NCBI GenBank assembly: GCA_036986135.1
Contig: BTQZ01000007.1
Coordinates: 3,642 to 67,641 of the forward strand
Origin: Anaerolineae bacterium
Lineage (GTDB): Bacteria > Chloroflexota > Anaerolineae > Anaerolineales > E44-bin32
Reading direction: 5' to 3'
Length of the DNA stretch: 64,000 nucleotides
Shown here: in pieces, positions 50,244-60,756 of the stretch
Position numbering within the stretch: position 1 is the stretch's first letter
Layout of the letters: each line of letters opens with the position of its first letter
Notes under the pieces: generated by a model
Seen by the model: the letters and a program-made list of their open reading frames with translations, nothing else
Told to the model about the DNA's origin: nothing
Database searches by the model: none
Program-made: the position numbers and the translations under genes

Positions 50244-50329
50244 CTCAGCTAGGCGCCATATGTGTCCGAAGGGATAATGCATAATATGCATACGATGAAG
50301 AACCTCGCTGACCGTGTGGTCCCCATCCC

Positions 50330-51346
50330 ATGAAGATCGATGCGCAGATCGCTCCCTCCTCATTATCCAGCATTCCGGAAGTCGCCAGCAGCGCGGAACG
50401 GCTGGGCTTCGACGCCATCTGGTCCTCGGAGACCCAGCATGATCCTTTTCTTCCCCTGGCTCTGGTCTCCGAGCATACCGAGCGGATGAAATTTGGCACT
50501 TCCGTAGCGATCGGCTTCGCGCGCAGTCCGGCCACTCTCGCCTACACGGCCTGGGACCTGGCAGAGGCTTCCAAAGGCAGGTTCATTCTGGGCCTGGGTA
50601 CGCAGGTCAAGCCGCACATCGAGCGGCGCTTTGGAATGCCCTGGCCAGATTCTCCCGTGGGAAAGCTGCGGGAACTCATTGAAGCCGTGCGCGCTTTCTG
50701 GCAAGCCTGGCAGACCGGCGAGCGACTCAACTACCGCAGCGAACACTACAAGCTGTCCCTCATGTCGCCGTTCTTCAATCCGGGTCCGATCGATCACTCC
50801 GACATCCCGATCTACATCGCCGGAGTGAACACCGGCCTGTCCCGGCTGGCGGGCGAAGTAGCGGACGGATTCCACGCCCATGTCTACCATTCCCCCCGTT
50901 ATCTCAGGGAGGTCGTACGTCCCGCAATTGATGAGGGCGCGATGAGAGCAAACCGGTCGCCGAATGAGATCCATCTGTCGACGGCCGCCTTTACGGTCAC
51001 CCGGTCGGAGGAGGCTGAATTCGTGCGTTCTCAGATTGCCTTTTACGCCTCCACACCCACTTACCGCCCGGTCATGGAACTGCACGGCTGGGGAGAGACC
51101 GCGGAGCGGCTCCAAGGTCTGGCACGCAAGGGCGCATGGGAGGAGATGGCTCAGCAGATCGATGACGAGATGCTCAACACATTCGCGGTCGTATGCGAAC
51201 CGGCGGCATTGTCGAAGATGCTGATCGAGCGGTATGAGGGTTTGGTTGACCGACTCGCGCTCTACATACCGTACGTTCCTGGCCAGCGAGAAATGGAGTG
51301 GAACGAGCTGTTGGAGGGTGTTCGAGCGCAACTCGGATCCGCTTGA
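50330..51346 (+). CDS. F420-dependent LLM-class oxidoreductase (TIGR03617-like)
   Basis: ETQHDPFL, FARSP, GLGTQVKPHIERRF, IAFYASTP.Y. Confidence 0.88.
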   Translation: MKIDAQIAPSSLSSIPEVASSAERLGFDAIWSSETQHDPFLPLALVSEHTERMKFGTSVAIGFARSPATLAYTAWDLAEASKGRFILGLGTQVKPHIERRFGMPWPDSPVGKLRELIEAVRAFWQAWQTGERLNYRSEHYKLSLMSPFFNPGPIDHSDIPIYIAGVNTGLSRLAGEVADGFHAHVYHSPRYLREVVRPAIDEGAMRANRSPNEIHLSTAAFTVTRSEEAEFVRSQIAFYASTPTYRPVMELHGWGETAERLQGLARKGAWEEMAQQIDDEMLNTFAVVCEPAALSKMLIERYEGLVDRLALYIPYVPGQREMEWNELLEGVRAQLGSA

Positions 51347-51405
51347 TACAATTCGGGATGTTGAGTTAGCGAAATCGGATCACAAAGAGGGCGTGGGGTA
51401 ATCCT

Positions 51406-51885
51406 ATGACAGCGGCACCACTTACGAAGAAACAGGTAATGGCGGCTCGCGGGTGGATGACGATGGTGTTGATCGGACTGTTCATCTTCATGATCGGAAT
51501 CTATCCGAACCTGATCGGCATGGACCGCAGCCCCGTGGTGGGATTTGTGCAGATCGGAGTTTGGCTGCTGGGACTGGGCATCCTGCTCCTAGGATCCACG
51601 CTGACCGTGCGTGTCATCCGCAACGGCCATCCAAACTCGCTGAGGTCGGAAGTCGGGCTACGATTGATCGCAACCGGCTATGTGTTTGCTGTAGCCGCCT
51701 CTTTCGCCGACTTTCTGGGAATCGGCTCGCACACCCTTCCGGGAATATCCTATGGCCCGCTGCAGGTGACGGGCTTGGCGCTCGGCGTGCTGGTCAGCTT
51801 ATTTGGCGTGATTCTTTATTGGCCCGGAAAGGGCAGCCATGCCTCTAGCGAGGGGCGAACCTCCCCACAGCCGAGCACCCCGTAA
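51406..51885 (+). CDS. 4-TM hypothetical membrane protein
   Basis: Four hydrophobic helices; DRSP..GFVQ and AD..GIGSH motifs. Confidence 0.75.
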   Translation: MTAAPLTKKQVMAARGWMTMVLIGLFIFMIGIYPNLIGMDRSPVVGFVQIGVWLLGLGILLLGSTLTVRVIRNGHPNSLRSEVGLRLIATGYVFAVAASFADFLGIGSHTLPGISYGPLQVTGLALGVLVSLFGVILYWPGKGSHASSEGRTSPQPSTP

Positions 51886-52042
51886 TCAAGGGAGCACCCC
51901 TCTCCCAAGTCCCAGGTAAGACATTCCCCAGCTGACTGCGTCTAACCCATTTTCCGATCCCAGGTGCGTCCAATACAGAAAGGCTGCCGGATAGCTTCTC
52001 TCGACAGCCTCGATTCGCTCAATTTGTCTGCAGAACCGGCTA

Positions 52043-53074
52043 CTACTCGGCCATCTTCTCGCTGGAGTGGCCGGGGAAGACCTTCTCGCCAGGCTTGATG
52101 GCTGCATAGGCGTAGTTCACGGCCACCGTCACCTGGCCATAGCCCACGACGATGAGGTTGAGGGGTTCGAGATCCTCCTGAAGCGCCAAATCCCCTGCCG
52201 CATACACATTGGGCAGATTGGTCTCCATCTTGTTGTTCACCCGAACATAGCGACGGCCGATCGTTTCCAAGCCCCATTCGCGAATCGGGCCCAGATCGGC
52301 TTTGAAACCCAGCGCCAGGACGGTGGCGTCCACGTCGATGATGGTTTCCTCATCGGTCCGATTGTCAAAGATCACCGCTCGCTCAACATGGCCGTCGCCC
52401 TGGATCTCGCGCAGCTCGTAATGAATCTTGACATCGACCCCGGATTCATTCAGCCTGTTTACCGACGTATCGTGGGCGCGAAATCCGGGTCGCCGGTGAA
52501 TCAGCGTGACGTGCTCGGCGATGGGCTCGGCAGCAAGCGCCCAATCGACGGCGCTGTCGCCGCCGCCCACGATCAGGACCCGCTTGTCGGCAAACTCCCC
52601 GATATCCGCCACGAAGTATTCGAGGCCCTTTCCCTCAAAGAGATCTACGCTCTCATTCGGGAGCTTAATGGGTCGGAAGGCTCCAATTCCCGCCGCGATG
52701 ATAACCACTCTCGAGAAATGGTCTCCCTTTGTTGTCCCGATGGCCCAGCATTCCTCGTCCGGTTCGCCGCCCGGGAGCGGCACACGACGCAGTGTCTCGG
52801 CCCGTTCGCCAAGGGCGAACTTTGTGTCCCATTGACTGGCTTGCTCGACCAAGTTCTCAACCAGGTTCTTCCCGACGATGGTGGGAAACCCCGGTGTGTC
52901 GAAGATCTTCTTCTCGGGGTACAAGGCCGTGATCTGACCCCCCGCCTGCGGGAGGGCGTCGATCAATTTGCAGCTCATCTCGCGCATGCCAGCATAGAAT
53001 GCGCCAAACATACCGGTCGGCCCGGCCCCTACGATGGTGATATCGAAAACCTCGGGTTCTGTGCCTTTTCCCAT
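52043..53074 (-). CDS. TrxB-fold ferredoxin-NADP+ reductase (YumC-like)
   Basis: GAGPTG, LYPEK.I.D.PG, GGGDSAVDWA, AAGD, PGHSS; no CxxC. Confidence 0.9.
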   Translation of the reverse strand: MGKGTEPEVFDITIVGAGPTGMFGAFYAGMREMSCKLIDALPQAGGQITALYPEKKIFDTPGFPTIVGKNLVENLVEQASQWDTKFALGERAETLRRVPLPGGEPDEECWAIGTTKGDHFSRVVIIAAGIGAFRPIKLPNESVDLFEGKGLEYFVADIGEFADKRVLIVGGGDSAVDWALAAEPIAEHVTLIHRRPGFRAHDTSVNRLNESGVDVKIHYELREIQGDGHVERAVIFDNRTDEETIIDVDATVLALGFKADLGPIREWGLETIGRRYVRVNNKMETNLPNVYAAGDLALQEDLEPLNLIVVGYGQVTVAVNYAYAAIKPGEKVFPGHSSEKMAE

Positions 53075-53262
53075 TAGATCCAATCGGCTCCTATTCGGAT
53101 GCGTAAAGTTCCCCGGGACACGATTTTAGCAAACCGCTGGGGCTGAGGAGAATAGCCCCTTGGACAGTTTGTGGCCTGAAGGATGTCACATATCTTGCGA
53201 ACTTACACCAGAGCATGGACAGGATTCCTTCTCACCTGCGCCTTGGGGCATACGTGTGGGGG

Positions 53263-53895
53263 CTACAGCTCCACGCGGCGCGGATCGACGCGATGATGTT
53301 CGGCCTCAATGATGGCCAGGATCGTATCCACCGTCTTCTCGACCTGCGAATCCGCATTTAGGACGGCATAGTCGAAGATTTCCAGGTATCCGAGCTCCTC
53401 TTTAGCCGTCTCCAGTCTGAGCTGCAGATCCGCTTCCGACTCGGTCCGCCGCTTCCGGAGACGGCGAGCAAGCTCCTCTTCGTCTCTGGCGGTCAAAAAG
53501 ATCAACAGGGCCTCCGGTGCCAGGGCCCGGATCGTCTTGGCTCCCTGCACGTCCACGCGCATCACAACGTCCTGTGCGCTTTCCATGGCTTCACGAATCT
53601 GCTGCCTCGGGACGCCCTTATAGTCGTTGTATACGAGGGCGTGCTCGATCAGTTCGCCCCTTTCGATCATGTCAAGGAACTGCTCTTCCTCGACAAAGAA
53701 GTAGTCTTCACCTTCAACTTCGCCGGGTCGGCGGGGGCGGGTGGTCGCCGTAACCACAAAATGGAACGGCAGCCCCCGTTGCTTCATATGATCCAGGACG
53801 GTGTCCTTGCCGACTCCGGAGGGGCCGGAAATCACAACAAGGAGTGGCTCGGTGGGTTGCTCAATCACGGCTGCGGGCGCTGAGTATAATCCCAT
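53263..53895 (-). CDS. gmk: Guanylate kinase (start ATG 53895 or GTG 53868)
   Basis: SGPSGVGK, TTRPRRPGEVEG.DY.F, DVQGA. Confidence 0.95.
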   Translation of the reverse strand: MGLYSAPAAVIEQPTEPLLVVISGPSGVGKDTVLDHMKQRGLPFHFVVTATTRPRRPGEVEGEDYFFVEEEQFLDMIERGELIEHALVYNDYKGVPRQQIREAMESAQDVVMRVDVQGAKTIRALAPEALLIFLTARDEEELARRLRKRRTESEADLQLRLETAKEELGYLEIFDYAVLNADSQVEKTVDTILAIIEAEHHRVDPRRVEL

Positions 53896-53910
53896 TCGCT
53901 GGAGGCCGCG

Positions 53911-54291
53911 ATGCCGAGCTACGATTACCGCTGCGCTAACTGCAACAAACGATCTGTGATCTATCAAACCTACGAAGAGTATGGCGAAACGCCTGTCCAG
54001 TGCCCGCACTGCGGGGGCAAAGACCTGCACCGAATCATCGGTCGAATCCGCATTGCCAAATCGGAAGATTCACGGCTTGAGGATCTCTCCGACCCGAGCA
54101 GCTGGGGAGATTTCGATGAGAATGACCCCAAGTCCATGGCGAAAATGATGCGCAAGATGGGCAACGAACTCGGTGAGGATATGCCGGCCGAATTTGATGA
54201 GGTGGTCGATCGCCTAGAGGCTGGTGACGATCCAGAGCAAATCGAGAAGGACATGCCCGATCTCGGAGGCGGGGACGACTTCGGCTTCTAG
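53911..54291 (+). CDS. FmdB-family zinc-ribbon protein
   Basis: MP.YDYRC..C...CPHCG; GGAGG RBS; TATAAT at 53885. Confidence 0.9.
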   Translation: MPSYDYRCANCNKRSVIYQTYEEYGETPVQCPHCGGKDLHRIIGRIRIAKSEDSRLEDLSDPSSWGDFDENDPKSMAKMMRKMGNELGEDMPAEFDEVVDRLEAGDDPEQIEKDMPDLGGGDDFGF

Positions 54292-54363
54292 CAACCCGGG
54301 GATCTGCTGCAGCCCCCCCGCCTCCTTACTATTGGGCGCCCAGGACCGAGGGCGCCCGGTACC

Positions 54364-54984
54364 TTACATCTCTAATCGCCCCGCAACAACTCCCCGTATC
54401 TGTTCCTGAATCTGATCCTCAGTTTGGGCCGCGTCGATCCGGACCCAGCGGTCCGGCTCGGCGTCTGCCAGGCGCAGGTAGCCTTGCCGGACGCGTTCAT
54501 GGAAAGCCAGATCGTAATCGTCGAGGCGATTCCAGTGGCCGTCCTGCTTGCGGCGCTCCAGCCCGAGCTCGCTGGTGAGGTCGAGAAGGAATGTTAGGTC
54601 CGGGATTAGTCCACCGGTGACGAAGCCGGTTATGGTGCGAAGCAGCTCCAGATCCAACTCGTGACCGTAGCCCTGGTACGCGAGCGAGGAGTCGTAGAAG
54701 CGATCGCATACGACCACTCCCTCACGCGCAAGATGAGGCTGGATGAGTTGCCGTACCACTTGTGCTCGGGAGGCGGAAAACAACAGGAACTCGGCCTCCG
54801 GGCTCATGCTCTTGTTCTCAAGCGACATGATCACTCGGCGAATCTGATCGCCGATTTTTGTGCCGCCCGGCTCTCGAGTGAATAAGATGTCGTGACCCTG
54901 GCTTTTGAGGTGATCGGCCAATCGCAGAGCTTGAGTGGACTTGCCGCCCCCCTCGGGGCCTTCAAGGGTTACGAAGAAGCTCAA
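54364..54984 (-). CDS. tmk: Thymidylate kinase
   Basis: EGPEGGGKST, TREPGG, CDRF.DSS.AYQG, PDLT.LLD. Confidence 0.96.
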   Translation of the reverse strand: MSFFVTLEGPEGGGKSTQALRLADHLKSQGHDILFTREPGGTKIGDQIRRVIMSLENKSMSPEAEFLLFSASRAQVVRQLIQPHLAREGVVVCDRFYDSSLAYQGYGHELDLELLRTITGFVTGGLIPDLTFLLDLTSELGLERRKQDGHWNRLDDYDLAFHERVRQGYLRLADAEPDRWVRIDAAQTEDQIQEQIRGVVAGRLEM

Positions 54985-56567
54985 TCGCGAAAGATCCTGA
55001 CCCGCCGCCGAGGGTCTTTGCCGTAGGAATGCGAGATCAGGTCGGCCTGGCGAGCCATCTCGTGCTGTTGACGGCGCACGTAGGACGACGCCGGCCTGAG
55101 ATCGACCGAGCGGGCACCGTTCAGCACCTTTTCAATGGCTTGCTGCGCCTCTTGCGCGCCCTGCGTCACCGTAGGATCGTCCGCCGGCTCTCGATCGAGG
55201 GCAAAGAGGTCAACCAGGAAGCTCTCCATCTGGCCCACCGTATTTGCCCGCAATACATAGATCGGCATTCGCCGGTTTTCTGCATCGGCGATCAGCTTGC
55301 GACGCCTGCGATAGTAGGAGCGGAGGGTGACCATCGCGTCCGCCTGCCCGATGTCCTCCGCAATCAATACCGGCACGTGGATGCGCTTGGCCGCCTGCCG
55401 CAGCCGGTTGCGGGCTACTCCGTAAGGATAGATGCGGATGATCTCCAGCGGCTCTCCGGGAAGCCTGGGGGAGGCAGGGCGGGCAAGATCCTCGGGGGGC
55501 TGAGCGCTCTGCAGTGCGGACTGTCTCCGGTATCCAGCGGGGCCTCGGCGAGTGGAGCTCGCGCCTGCGTTAAGTTTGTTGATCTGGATCTCACCCGCTT
55601 CGTCGCGGAAGCGTTCTTCCATGGCAGGTGGAACGTTGCGCAGCAGCGCATCTACCGCGGCGGATACGTCGTGGTGAACGGCAAGTTTCTCACGATCCTG
55701 GATCTCAATAAGCACATCGAAGGTGGGCGCCGCGCGGCGTTCGAGCACCGTCTTCTGAGTGCCGCGACGGCGGGCCTCCTCGTCGGACAGAGTTACCGAT
55801 TCGATGCCGCCCACCAGGTCAGATAGCGTGGGATTTAAGAGTAGATTTTCGAGGGTGTTGCCGTGGGCGGTGCCGACGAGCTGCACTCCGCGTTCGGCGA
55901 TGGTCCGCGCAGCCACCGCTTCTAGCTCCCGCCCGATCTCGTCAATCACGATCACTTCAGGGTTGTGGTTTTCAACGGCCTCGATCATGACCTCGTGCTG
56001 CAAGCTTGGTTTGCGAACCTGCATCCGACGCGCGCGTCCGATAGCCGGATGAGGCACATCACCGTCGCCGGCGATCTCGTTCGAGGTGTCAACGATGACC
56101 ACGCGTTTCTCATCGGCCAGGACACGGGCTGCCTCGCGCAGCATCGTGGTCTTGCCGACTCCCGGCCGGCCAAGCAGCAGCAGACTTTCGCCGCTGTTGA
56201 TCAAGTCTTGAATGATATCGATCGTGCCGTAGACTGCCCGACCCACCCGGAACGTCAGACCGACGATGCGACCGTGCCGGTTGCGGATGGCTGAAATACG
56301 ATGCAGCGTACGCTCGATTCCCGCACGGTTGTCGGCGTCGAAATCGCCGATGCGTTCAATGACATAGTCAATATCTTCCCAGGCGACCTCCTTGTCGCTC
56401 AGGGTCACCTCAACGTCGACGTAGCGAGCTGTCGGAACTCGCCCGATATCCAGTATGACCTCGAGCAGATCGTCGGGCCGATCAATTTCAGTTAATTTGT
56501 CGGTGATGTATGGAGGCAGGACACCTCGCAGGGTGTCCAGGTCGTCGGTGATGCGTCTTCCTGTCAT
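54981..56567 (-). CDS. Ycf45/SpoIIIAA-like AAA ATPase with R3H domain
   Basis: TLHRIS, GRPGVGKT, DTSNEIAGDG, IDEIG, GTAHG, C-terminal RRQQH. Confidence 0.9.
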   Translation of the reverse strand: MTGRRITDDLDTLRGVLPPYITDKLTEIDRPDDLLEVILDIGRVPTARYVDVEVTLSDKEVAWEDIDYVIERIGDFDADNRAGIERTLHRISAIRNRHGRIVGLTFRVGRAVYGTIDIIQDLINSGESLLLLGRPGVGKTTMLREAARVLADEKRVVIVDTSNEIAGDGDVPHPAIGRARRMQVRKPSLQHEVMIEAVENHNPEVIVIDEIGRELEAVAARTIAERGVQLVGTAHGNTLENLLLNPTLSDLVGGIESVTLSDEEARRRGTQKTVLERRAAPTFDVLIEIQDREKLAVHHDVSAAVDALLRNVPPAMEERFRDEAGEIQINKLNAGASSTRRGPAGYRRQSALQSAQPPEDLARPASPRLPGEPLEIIRIYPYGVARNRLRQAAKRIHVPVLIAEDIGQADAMVTLRSYYRRRRKLIADAENRRMPIYVLRANTVGQMESFLVDLFALDREPADDPTVTQGAQEAQQAIEKVLNGARSVDLRPASSYVRRQQHEMARQADLISHSYGKDPRRRVRIFRD

Positions 56568-57505
56568 TTGGAAGCACCGGCCGGATCCTCGATCCGAGCA
56601 ATCGGTGCAGTTGGCTCCGGGTAAGTTCCTTCGACTGCTGGCAGCGGGCTCGCGGCCTGTCTGCGAACTCCGATCGCTAAACGCTTGACCATGACCGCCT
56701 GGTCGACCGCCGGTTCAAACCACATACGCTCCAATGGTCCGCTCATCCAGCTCTGATAGGAGCGGACGCAAACATAGACCGGGCGATCTCTCGGTACCTC
56801 TCGGAGATAGTCACCGAGTAATCCTTGAAAATCTTCGACCGCGGGGTGGAAATAGGGCTGGACCCAGGTACCGAGCGAGCCGCGTTCGATGTCGAGGTAG
56901 CCCAGCAATTCCCCCTCACGCCAGTAAACAAGATTATGACCGGTACGGGTGGGTGGGGGCTCGACCTGTCGAACCAGTCCGGGGACGATGTTGTGATAAA
57001 GGCTTTGGGCGGCGATAGCGTCTTTCGAGTTCTCTACACGCCAAACGTCGCCGTCCGAGTGCTCGATATTCTCTTTGGCTGCATCTAGTCGCCAGATCCT
57101 TTGCCGGGCATAAATCGCAAACCCAGCAGAGCGAAGCCGTTCGAAGGCCTCTCTATGCTCATCCACCTCAGCGACCAGGTTTGGCGCCCCGTGCTCACCT
57201 ACCGCGGCAGCCAGCGACTCCAGGAGTTTGAGACCCGCATCATGATCCAGGGCTTCTTCAGGACCAAAAAAAGAAAGTCGCGCGTTGGGAGCGTCCGACT
57301 GATAGATGCATTGCCCCACGGCTTCAATGTCACCGTTGCGTGACACGAGTGTGACCGCGGATCTCCCTGGGATAAAGGGGCCCAGCAGGGCATTCTGCAT
57401 GGCGTGCGCGCCGCGCGTAAAGGCCAGCTGGGAGTCTGGACACAGCCCGCGATCTCGTACCCTATGCAGCAGCGGGAGGTCTCGCCAATCTAATTCTCGA
57501 ATCAT
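56564..57505 (-). CDS. Hypothetical protein (degenerate GNAT-like fold)
   Basis: 313-aa ORF overlapping the next gene by ATGA; weak GNAT pattern (FERLRSAGF). Confidence 0.7.
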   Translation of the reverse strand: MIRELDWRDLPLLHRVRDRGLCPDSQLAFTRGAHAMQNALLGPFIPGRSAVTLVSRNGDIEAVGQCIYQSDAPNARLSFFGPEEALDHDAGLKLLESLAAAVGEHGAPNLVAEVDEHREAFERLRSAGFAIYARQRIWRLDAAKENIEHSDGDVWRVENSKDAIAAQSLYHNIVPGLVRQVEPPPTRTGHNLVYWREGELLGYLDIERGSLGTWVQPYFHPAVEDFQGLLGDYLREVPRDRPVYVCVRSYQSWMSGPLERMWFEPAVDQAVMVKRLAIGVRRQAASPLPAVEGTYPEPTAPIARIEDPAGASK

Positions 57506-57676
57506 CGAATATCGCGCAAAAGCCGACTCGTACCCACGCCAAACGATCGGCGAGCGATTCTACCATGTGGGCGTTTTTTGAGCCCCTGGGCCATTTCATG
57601 CGGGTGCGCAAAGATGACCCTCGGCGTCGCTGGGGTACAATCACCTCTGGCCTGCCCATAAGGAGAAGTAAAGGGA

Positions 57677-58204
57677 ATGAGCGCAAGATCCTTATCGATC
57701 ACGGCGGTAAGCGTTGCAATTGTGTTTGTTTTCATCCGCCTGATTCAAGTTCCTATCCCCGCCACGGGCGGCTTTACGCACATCGGCGCCGTGGCAGAGA
57801 TATTCATCGCCCTGGCCTTTGGCCCAATCGTAGGGGTGGTCGCCGCCGGGGTTGGGGCCGCACTGGCCGACCTGACTCTGGGATACGGACAGTGGGCCCC
57901 TCTTACACTGCTTGCGCATGGGGCGCTCGGCGTGCTCGCCGGGTACATCGGTTGGAAAGCGAGCACTGGAAGGATGCTCCTGGCCTGGCTGGCGGGTGGA
58001 ATTGCGTTGGTGCTAGTTTACTTTGCGGGTGAGTCGCTCATTCCCAGTCTCTACGGCGGCTCAGCGGCCGCGATCTTGGAGCTTCCGGTCAACCTCTTTC
58101 AGGTCAGCCTCGGAATCCTCGGCTTGCTGTTGCTGCGCCTGACCAAGGCCGCATACCCACAAATCGATCAGCTGGCGGAGGACGTCAGCTTTGAGGAAGT
58201 CTGA
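57677..58204 (+). CDS. ECF transporter S component
   Basis: P.PATGG, FGP..G..A.GVGAALADL, N.FQ; about five TM helices. Confidence 0.88.
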   Translation: MSARSLSITAVSVAIVFVFIRLIQVPIPATGGFTHIGAVAEIFIALAFGPIVGVVAAGVGAALADLTLGYGQWAPLTLLAHGALGVLAGYIGWKASTGRMLLAWLAGGIALVLVYFAGESLIPSLYGGSAAAILELPVNLFQVSLGILGLLLLRLTKAAYPQIDQLAEDVSFEEV

Positions 58205-58269
58205 GGAGTCCGGATCCCCGCTCATTTCCCGCTACCGCGCAAGCTTCCTGCACAAACCTCACATGCATC

Positions 58270-59112
58270 ATGACGGTCGTTATTCAAGACCTCAGCTACG
58301 CCTACCCTGACGGCGATTGGGCGCTCCGCGACGTCAGCCTCCGTGTAGAGCAAGGCGAATTCCTCTCAATCATGGGCGCTAACGGGGCGGGAAAGAGCAC
58401 ACTCTGCCTGGCGCTCAATGGGATCGTTCCACAGGCTACGGGGGGCCGAATACGTGGGAACGTCACCGTTGATGGAATGAACACCAAGGAGCATCCGGTG
58501 GCGACCTTCGCGCAACAGGTCGGTATCGTGTTCCAAAACCCGGAGTCCCAACTCTTCAGTGCCACCGTCGAAGCGGAGGTGGCTTTTGGATTGGAGAACC
58601 TGGGATTGCCTCGCGACGAGATGCAGGACCGTGTGGGCTGGGCGCTTGATTTGCTCAGGATCGACGATTTGCGTGATCGGTCGCCGTCGCAACTCTCCGG
58701 AGGGGAAAGGCATCGCCTGGCTATTGCGAGTGTCCTGGCGATGTCCCCGAAGATCTTAGTTCTGGATGAACCAAGCGCTAATCTGGACCCGACCGGAAGG
58801 AGCGAGCTGCTCTCCGCACTAAAAGACCTAAAGAGCACCGCGGGGTTAACCGTCATCATGGCAGAGCACGAAAGCGAGCTGATCGCCGAGTTTTCCGATC
58901 GGATCGCAGTCTTGGATAGTGGGCGGCTCACGAAACTCGAGACCCCAGAACGCTTGTTCTCCGATATCGACGGCATGCGTGCTCTGGGATTGGGAGTGCC
59001 CCAGGTCAGCGAAGTGGCGGCCTGTTTAAACCGGAAATTTGGTGTGGGGCTGAATCTGACTCGGTATCAAGACGCGCACCGAAGCCTAAGAGCCCTCCTG
59101 AACGCGAGATGA
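58270..59112 (+). CDS. ECF transporter ATPase A
   Basis: GANGAGKS, VFQNPESQL, EVAFGLEN, LDEP. Confidence 0.92.
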   Translation: MTVVIQDLSYAYPDGDWALRDVSLRVEQGEFLSIMGANGAGKSTLCLALNGIVPQATGGRIRGNVTVDGMNTKEHPVATFAQQVGIVFQNPESQLFSATVEAEVAFGLENLGLPRDEMQDRVGWALDLLRIDDLRDRSPSQLSGGERHRLAIASVLAMSPKILVLDEPSANLDPTGRSELLSALKDLKSTAGLTVIMAEHESELIAEFSDRIAVLDSGRLTKLETPERLFSDIDGMRALGLGVPQVSEVAACLNRKFGVGLNLTRYQDAHRSLRALLNAR

Positions 59113-59125
59113 ATACGGTACCCGC

Positions 59126-59956
59126 ATGACGGAAATTGAAATGTGCAACGTGTGGTTCTCCTATCGCGACGGGGACGATGTATTGAAGTCGGTATCGATA
59201 CGGGTCCAACAAGGCGAGTTTTTGGCCTTGATTGGTCAGAACGGGTCTGGGAAAACTACGCTAGCGAAGCACCTGCTCGGTCTGCTGCATCCCAGGGAGG
59301 GTAAAGTACTGATTCGAGGAGAAGATATTCACGGTAAGCCGGTGGGGGAGATCGCACGCCGGGTCGGATACGTCTTTCAAAACCCCGACCATCAGATCTT
59401 CAGTGCCACCACAAGGGAGGAAATCTCATACGGACCGCGGAATCTGCAGCTCGGAGAGGCCGAGATCGTCCGTCGGACCGAAAGAGCCATGGAGCGATTC
59501 GATCTGAAAGTCCATGCGGAGCAGCAACCAGCAACCTTGAGCTTCGGCACGCGTCGCAAGGTGGCGCTTGCCTCGATCTACGCCATGGATCCGCAGATCT
59601 GGATCCTGGATGAGCCCACCGGGGGACTCGATTGGCGCTCAGAGCAGGCGACGATGACACTACTTCACGAACTGAACGAGGCTGGCAAAACGATCGTACT
59701 GATCACGCATGACATGCGTATCGTGGCCGAACACGCGAAGCGCTGCATCGTGATGTCGGAGGGTCGAGTGGTTGCTATTGACGAGACGCGGCGAATCATG
59801 GAACAAGCTGGAGTACTGGAGATCACGCCGCCGCAGGTCTGGAGGCTTGCGTGCGCGTTCGACCTCCAGCCGCTTTCCCTGACCGCGGAAGAATTCTGCT
59901 GGGAATACGGACGGCGGCTAGCGACCGAAAGCGAGATCAGTGTCAGTCGCTCCTGA
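59126..59956 (+). CDS. ECF transporter ATPase A'
   Basis: GQNGSGKT, VFQNPDHQIF, LDEPT. Confidence 0.92.
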   Translation: MTEIEMCNVWFSYRDGDDVLKSVSIRVQQGEFLALIGQNGSGKTTLAKHLLGLLHPREGKVLIRGEDIHGKPVGEIARRVGYVFQNPDHQIFSATTREEISYGPRNLQLGEAEIVRRTERAMERFDLKVHAEQQPATLSFGTRRKVALASIYAMDPQIWILDEPTGGLDWRSEQATMTLLHELNEAGKTIVLITHDMRIVAEHAKRCIVMSEGRVVAIDETRRIMEQAGVLEITPPQVWRLACAFDLQPLSLTAEEFCWEYGRRLATESEISVSRS

Positions 59957-60749
59957 TTTCTATATCCACCGGCGGAGTTGGTTGCACGACACCGATCCCC
60001 GCGTCAAGCTGCTGATGCTGGTCCTTACTGTCGTGCTGCTGCTCGTATTTCAGAACCTGTGGATCATGCTGGCCTCATGGCTCCTGATTTTGATCTTGCA
60101 CCGATCTGCCAAGGTGCCGAGGGACCGCATCCGTTTCCTGCTGAGGGCGCTGCTCCCCGTCACGATCCTGATGCCTTTGATTTGGGTCATCTTTTACCCG
60201 GCAGGTGAGGTCGTCATCAGCATCGGTTTCATCAACATCCGAGGAGAGAGCCTGGCGCAAGGATTGACGGTCGCCCTGCGAATCCAGGCCATGACCTTCG
60301 CAATTTTTGCTGTACTCTTCACGACGGATACCGATACCCTGATGCAAGGCCTGGTGAGACTGAGGATGCCTTATTCATGGGGGCTTATGCTGTCCCTGGC
60401 GCTTCGCTATGTACCTAACTTTGCCAATTCGTACTCATCGATCCATCAGGCACAGCAGGCACGGGGGCTAGAATACGAATCCACAAGAGGCCTGAAGCGC
60501 GTGCGGGAGATGATGCCCGTATTGGTCCCCATGATTATTGGGTCCTTCCGAAGTAGCGAGCAGATGTCCATCGCTCTCGAAGCCAGAGGATTTGGTGTTC
60601 CGGGAGTTCGGCGCACCTACCTCAGTGTGATTCGCTTCCGCGCCCTCGATTGGGTTCTTGTAGCCCTCGGCCTCATCGTGGCCATGGCTCTGCTTGCGCT
60701 GAACCTGGCGTACGGGTTTGGGACCGATCCGATTGCCATCTTCCCGTAG
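59940..60749 (+). CDS. ECF transporter T component
   Basis: DPRVK, AQQARG and ALEARG motifs. Confidence 0.92.
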   Translation: MSVAPDFYIHRRSWLHDTDPRVKLLMLVLTVVLLLVFQNLWIMLASWLLILILHRSAKVPRDRIRFLLRALLPVTILMPLIWVIFYPAGEVVISIGFINIRGESLAQGLTVALRIQAMTFAIFAVLFTTDTDTLMQGLVRLRMPYSWGLMLSLALRYVPNFANSYSSIHQAQQARGLEYESTRGLKRVREMMPVLVPMIIGSFRSSEQMSIALEARGFGVPGVRRTYLSVIRFRALDWVLVALGLIVAMALLALNLAYGFGTDPIAIFP

Positions 60750-60756
60750 GCCGTGA

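Noticed and set aside
52067-53077. Long antisense ORFs (also 10561-11442, 19794-20756, 35524-36411, 50363-51331, 55029-55826)
   Set aside because: They mirror well-supported genes on the opposite strand and show no motifs; expected shadow ORFs in high-GC DNA.
57506-57676. TPP or other vitamin riboswitch before the ECF operon
   Set aside because: No recognisable aptamer motifs such as CUGAGA.
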